This document shows positions 61,568 to 64,000 of a stretch of DNA of 64,000 bases, piece by piece (within the stretch, counting starts at the first letter, position 1; every line of letters begins with the position of its first letter). Both the position numbers and the translations under genes were made by a program. The stretch comes from Podarcis melisellensis (Eukaryota): NCBI GenBank assembly GCA_964234715.1, contig OZ174276.1; one strand, given 5' to 3'. The notes below the pieces were generated by a model. That model saw nothing but the letters and a program-made list of their open reading frames with translations. It made no database searches and was not told the DNA's origin.

Positions 61568-62317
61568 CTTGTTGATGCCCTCTTCGTTGGCTTCAACTTT
61601 CTTCTGCAACTGCATCGCTTGCCATAGATCGGCCACAGAGCCACTCCTGGCTTTATCCATCAAGTCGGTACCAGAAGGCAGCTTCTCTAGGCCAGACATT
61701 TGCTGTTCAAACCCTTTGACCCGCTTTCCCAACCCCTGCACTTTCCCCTGGACTCCCTGCACTTGATCTTGCATTCCTTGGACCTGATCTTCCACCCCTT
61801 GCACCTGATCTGCCATCCCTTGGAGGTTCGCCTGCAGCGCAAACATTTTATTTTCCAAGTCGTCAAGGCGAGATTCTATGTCTTTGTCTGAAACCCCCTT
61901 TTCCTTCCTGGGCCTGCCTTCTTTGCCTTCTTTGCCCTCCAGGCCTTCTTTGCCTTCCTTGCCCTCCAGGCCTTCTTTGCCTTCTTTGCCTTCCTTGCCC
62001 ACCAAGCCTTCCTTGCCTTCCTTGCCTGCCCTGCCTGCCTTGCCTTCCCGGCCCTCCTTGCCTGCCCTGCCATCCTTGCCCTTCAGTAACTCTTCATCGG
62101 ACAGTATCTCCCCAACCCCCGTCTCAATAGCCTCCGGCATGTCTGGCTTGGGTGGCGGGCCCCGATCCACCTTGACCTCCGCCATGGCATCCTGGATTTT
62201 GAGGTACCTGAGGATGGCATGGAGGAGGGTGTGGAGGGCATTGAAATTGACATGGCCAACCTCAGGAGTCCCTATGGAGATGTCCGCCAACTCGTACAAG
62301 GTGACTTTCAGAGACAT
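61568..62317 (-). CDS. QRICH2: QRICH2 coding exon 1 (250 codons; conserved N-terminus, Gly-X-Y repeat, heptads)
   Basis: gacATG start; MSLKVTLYELADISIGTPEVGHVNFNALHTLLHAIL...VADLWQAMQLQKKVEANEEGINK; donor AAG|gtatgt, phase 0. Confidence 0.92.
61700..61825 (-). repeat. Coding 21-nt heptad repeat (VQG.xDQ) x6
   Basis: LQGMADQ VQGVEDQ VQGMQDQ VQGVQGK VQGLGKR VKGFEQQ. Confidence 0.85.
61910..62080 (-). repeat. Coding 9-nt-unit repeat: 19 Gly-X-Y triplets (GKE/GRA/GLE)
   Basis: GKD GRA GKE GRE GKA GRA GKE GKE GLV GKE GKE GKE GLE GKE GKE GLE GKE GKE GRP. Confidence 0.9.
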
Positions 62318-62589
62318 GTCTGCACCCCTTTCGACCCACCCTTTTCTTTGCGACAACTGCCAGCTGCCTTATTTAAGAAAAATAAAATAAAATCTTCTTT
62401 TAAGAAATAACAAAAAAACAACCCCGTCCTAATCTTTTATTAACCCCTATGAAAATATAACGCTGGGATGGGAAGGCAGTTCAATAAATAAAAGCTCTTC
62501 CCTTTTTTTTTTTAACAAGGAATATCTGTCTGGAGTATTTTTATTTTTTAAGCCTAATTTATTGTAAGCCCATTCCTAAAAGTGAGCAG

Positions 62590-63095
62590 GCTCGCGCCCT
62601 GAAGGGATGAGCAGCGCTTCTATCTCGCATTATCTTTTTGCTCTATTTGCCTATCCTTCTCCCACCCGCCCCCTCAAAACGACCACCCCTATTTAAAGGG
62701 CTTTTTCAAAGCTCCCCTCAGCCTAAGCAGCTCCCGCCCCCAACGCAGCTCGCAGCTCGGGCGAGCGACGGACTGAAGAGCAGCTCCCCGCCGAAGCTCG
62801 GAAGAGACACCGCCTCCGCCGCGGACAATCCGGCCCCGTTCGAATCCTTGCGTTCCATTGGTTGCCTCACAAACCTTCTCGTTCCAGGATTGGCTTCCAG
62901 AACTGCTCATGTGCTTTTGTTTATCTCGCCGGCTGCCGGCTGATTGCGAGCCGGCGTTTGTGGTTGCTACGCGACAGGGGTGACCGCCCTCCGCCGTTCC
63001 GGGACTCGCGGCGCCGCGCGAATTATGACTCCGCGCGCTCCCTCCGCCCTTGCTAGGCAGAGAGGAATGGGCGGGAGCCGAAGGAATCGGGGAGG
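62590..63095 (-). promoter_or_regulatory. CpG-island promoter of QRICH2
   Basis: Sharp CpG/GC enrichment upstream of the ATG exon; CCAAT boxes (ATTGG 62857 and 62889), GC boxes, X-box-like motifs at 62861-62874, 62963-62975 and 63049-63061. Confidence 0.75.
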
Positions 63096-64000
63096 TTTGT
63101 TAGCCAGTTTAATAGATTTCCACTTTAATTAAGCTATTTCTTTCCTATGAGTTTCCGAGCAGCAGATTCAAAAAGTATAAAATAAAATTTAGACGCTACA
63201 CACAGTGATTTTTTTAAAGGGGGGGCTGTCCCCCTATATCTGTTGGTGGCATTCGTAGATCTGTTTACTTTAAACATTTAAATTGCCCCGTAGGTTTTAC
63301 AGGAAAAAGGGGGAAAGTGCTGAAATACTGCGCAGAACCACGTGAGCGTGATTTAGCCCTAAGGTCATCGTTTGCCAGAAGCAAGACCCCTGCAAAAGCT
63401 CTCCTTGCAACCAAAGGCCTAGGATGGTGGAAAGCGACCTGTCTCAGGTACGGCTTAGTTTGCAACAGCGCTGTTTTCAGTGTTCAAGATACTGGGAACA
63501 GATAAACTGTGGACAGCGGCAAGTGGGGGAAATTGGAGTGGTGAGAAAAACAGGCTCTGTGTATCATAGAATCGTAAAGTTGGAAGGGATCTCAAGGTTC
63601 ATCTCGCCAAACTCCATACACTCTATTTAACGGTTAGTTTTGCATTGATTTGTGAAATCTAAATATTATTATTATTTATTAAATTTATATAATTCTATTT
63701 TTTTATATATCTATAGATACAGTTATAAAACCCATGCACATTTCATGCAGATTTATGTCCAATGGGCTTGTGGCCCAGGTCTTTTAAATATGTAGTGATG
63801 CCCTCTACTCCAAAGCATGTTTCCTCCAACAATGGGCAACTACAAAGTTCCCATGCGACAGTGAGTACAGCAGACAGGGGGGCTTTGTGCGGTTGGACTC
63901 CCATCAGTGCCAAGCCGGCACAGGAAGAGAGTTGCAGTCCAACATCATCTGGAGGACCACATGGTCCTCATCCCTGGAGCCCTGATCTCTCTCTTGCTCT

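Larger units (their letters stand above)
15579..62317 (-). other. QRICH2: QRICH2 gene span (20 coding exons, 4368 nt CDS, about 1455 aa)
   Basis: Exon chain with GT-AG boundaries and matching phases. Peptides match remembered QRICH2 motifs: LADISIGTPEVGHVNFNALHTL, LDKLR..IENM..SSSTLLSMSM, CSLDVS..VS.L..RYEQLQD, KADK.ALA.KVSR.QFDATTEQL, LDRLELDP, HFHCISCDRPLE, CGGSHTLTYPY, EVDILGLDGHIYKGRMD. The SSSTLLSMSM and RYEQLQD blocks favour QRICH2 over the paralog C16orf96. Confidence 0.93.

Noticed and set aside
62318-62356. Extended N-terminus MSQRKGWVERGAD from the ORF track
   Set aside because: It starts at a TTG; homology begins at the ATG at 62317.
61878-62390. Plus-strand 170-aa (LPS)n ORF
   Set aside because: Antisense shadow of the GKE repeat in exon 1.

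Overview
Vertebrate genomic DNA from a squamate reptile, probably a lacertid lizard (Sauria/Squam1, Squam3-type and tRNA-Ile/CR1-tail SINEs, CR1 and L1 LINEs, hAT and Tc1/mariner MITEs). The main feature is one multi-exon minus-strand gene, QRICH2 (sperm flagellar protein with DUF4795). I reconstructed it by hand as 20 phase-compatible GT-AG coding exons from ATG 62317 to TAA 15579 (4368 nt, 1455 aa; last exon least certain). A CpG-island promoter with CCAAT and RFX X-box-like motifs lies at about 62.6-63.1 kb. The protein has two unusual low-complexity regions: a 19-triplet charged Gly-X-Y run followed by heptads in exon 1, and a galectin-3/elastin-like (PGAPGAY/Q)n array in exon 5 where mammals have Gln-rich repeats. 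Intron 1 holds a full-length, apparently young L1 (52102-57677, + strand). It has a 16-bp TSD, poly(A) and open ORF1 and ORF2; ORF2 has ATA where the ATG is expected, and the element sits inside a hAT-type MITE. Also present are several nested TE insertions and two degenerate Penelope-type hammerhead ribozyme relics. Bases 1-15 kb are mostly intergenic repeats. I found no prokaryote-type system (CRISPR, operon). All family assignments are from motif recognition and recollection, not database searches.
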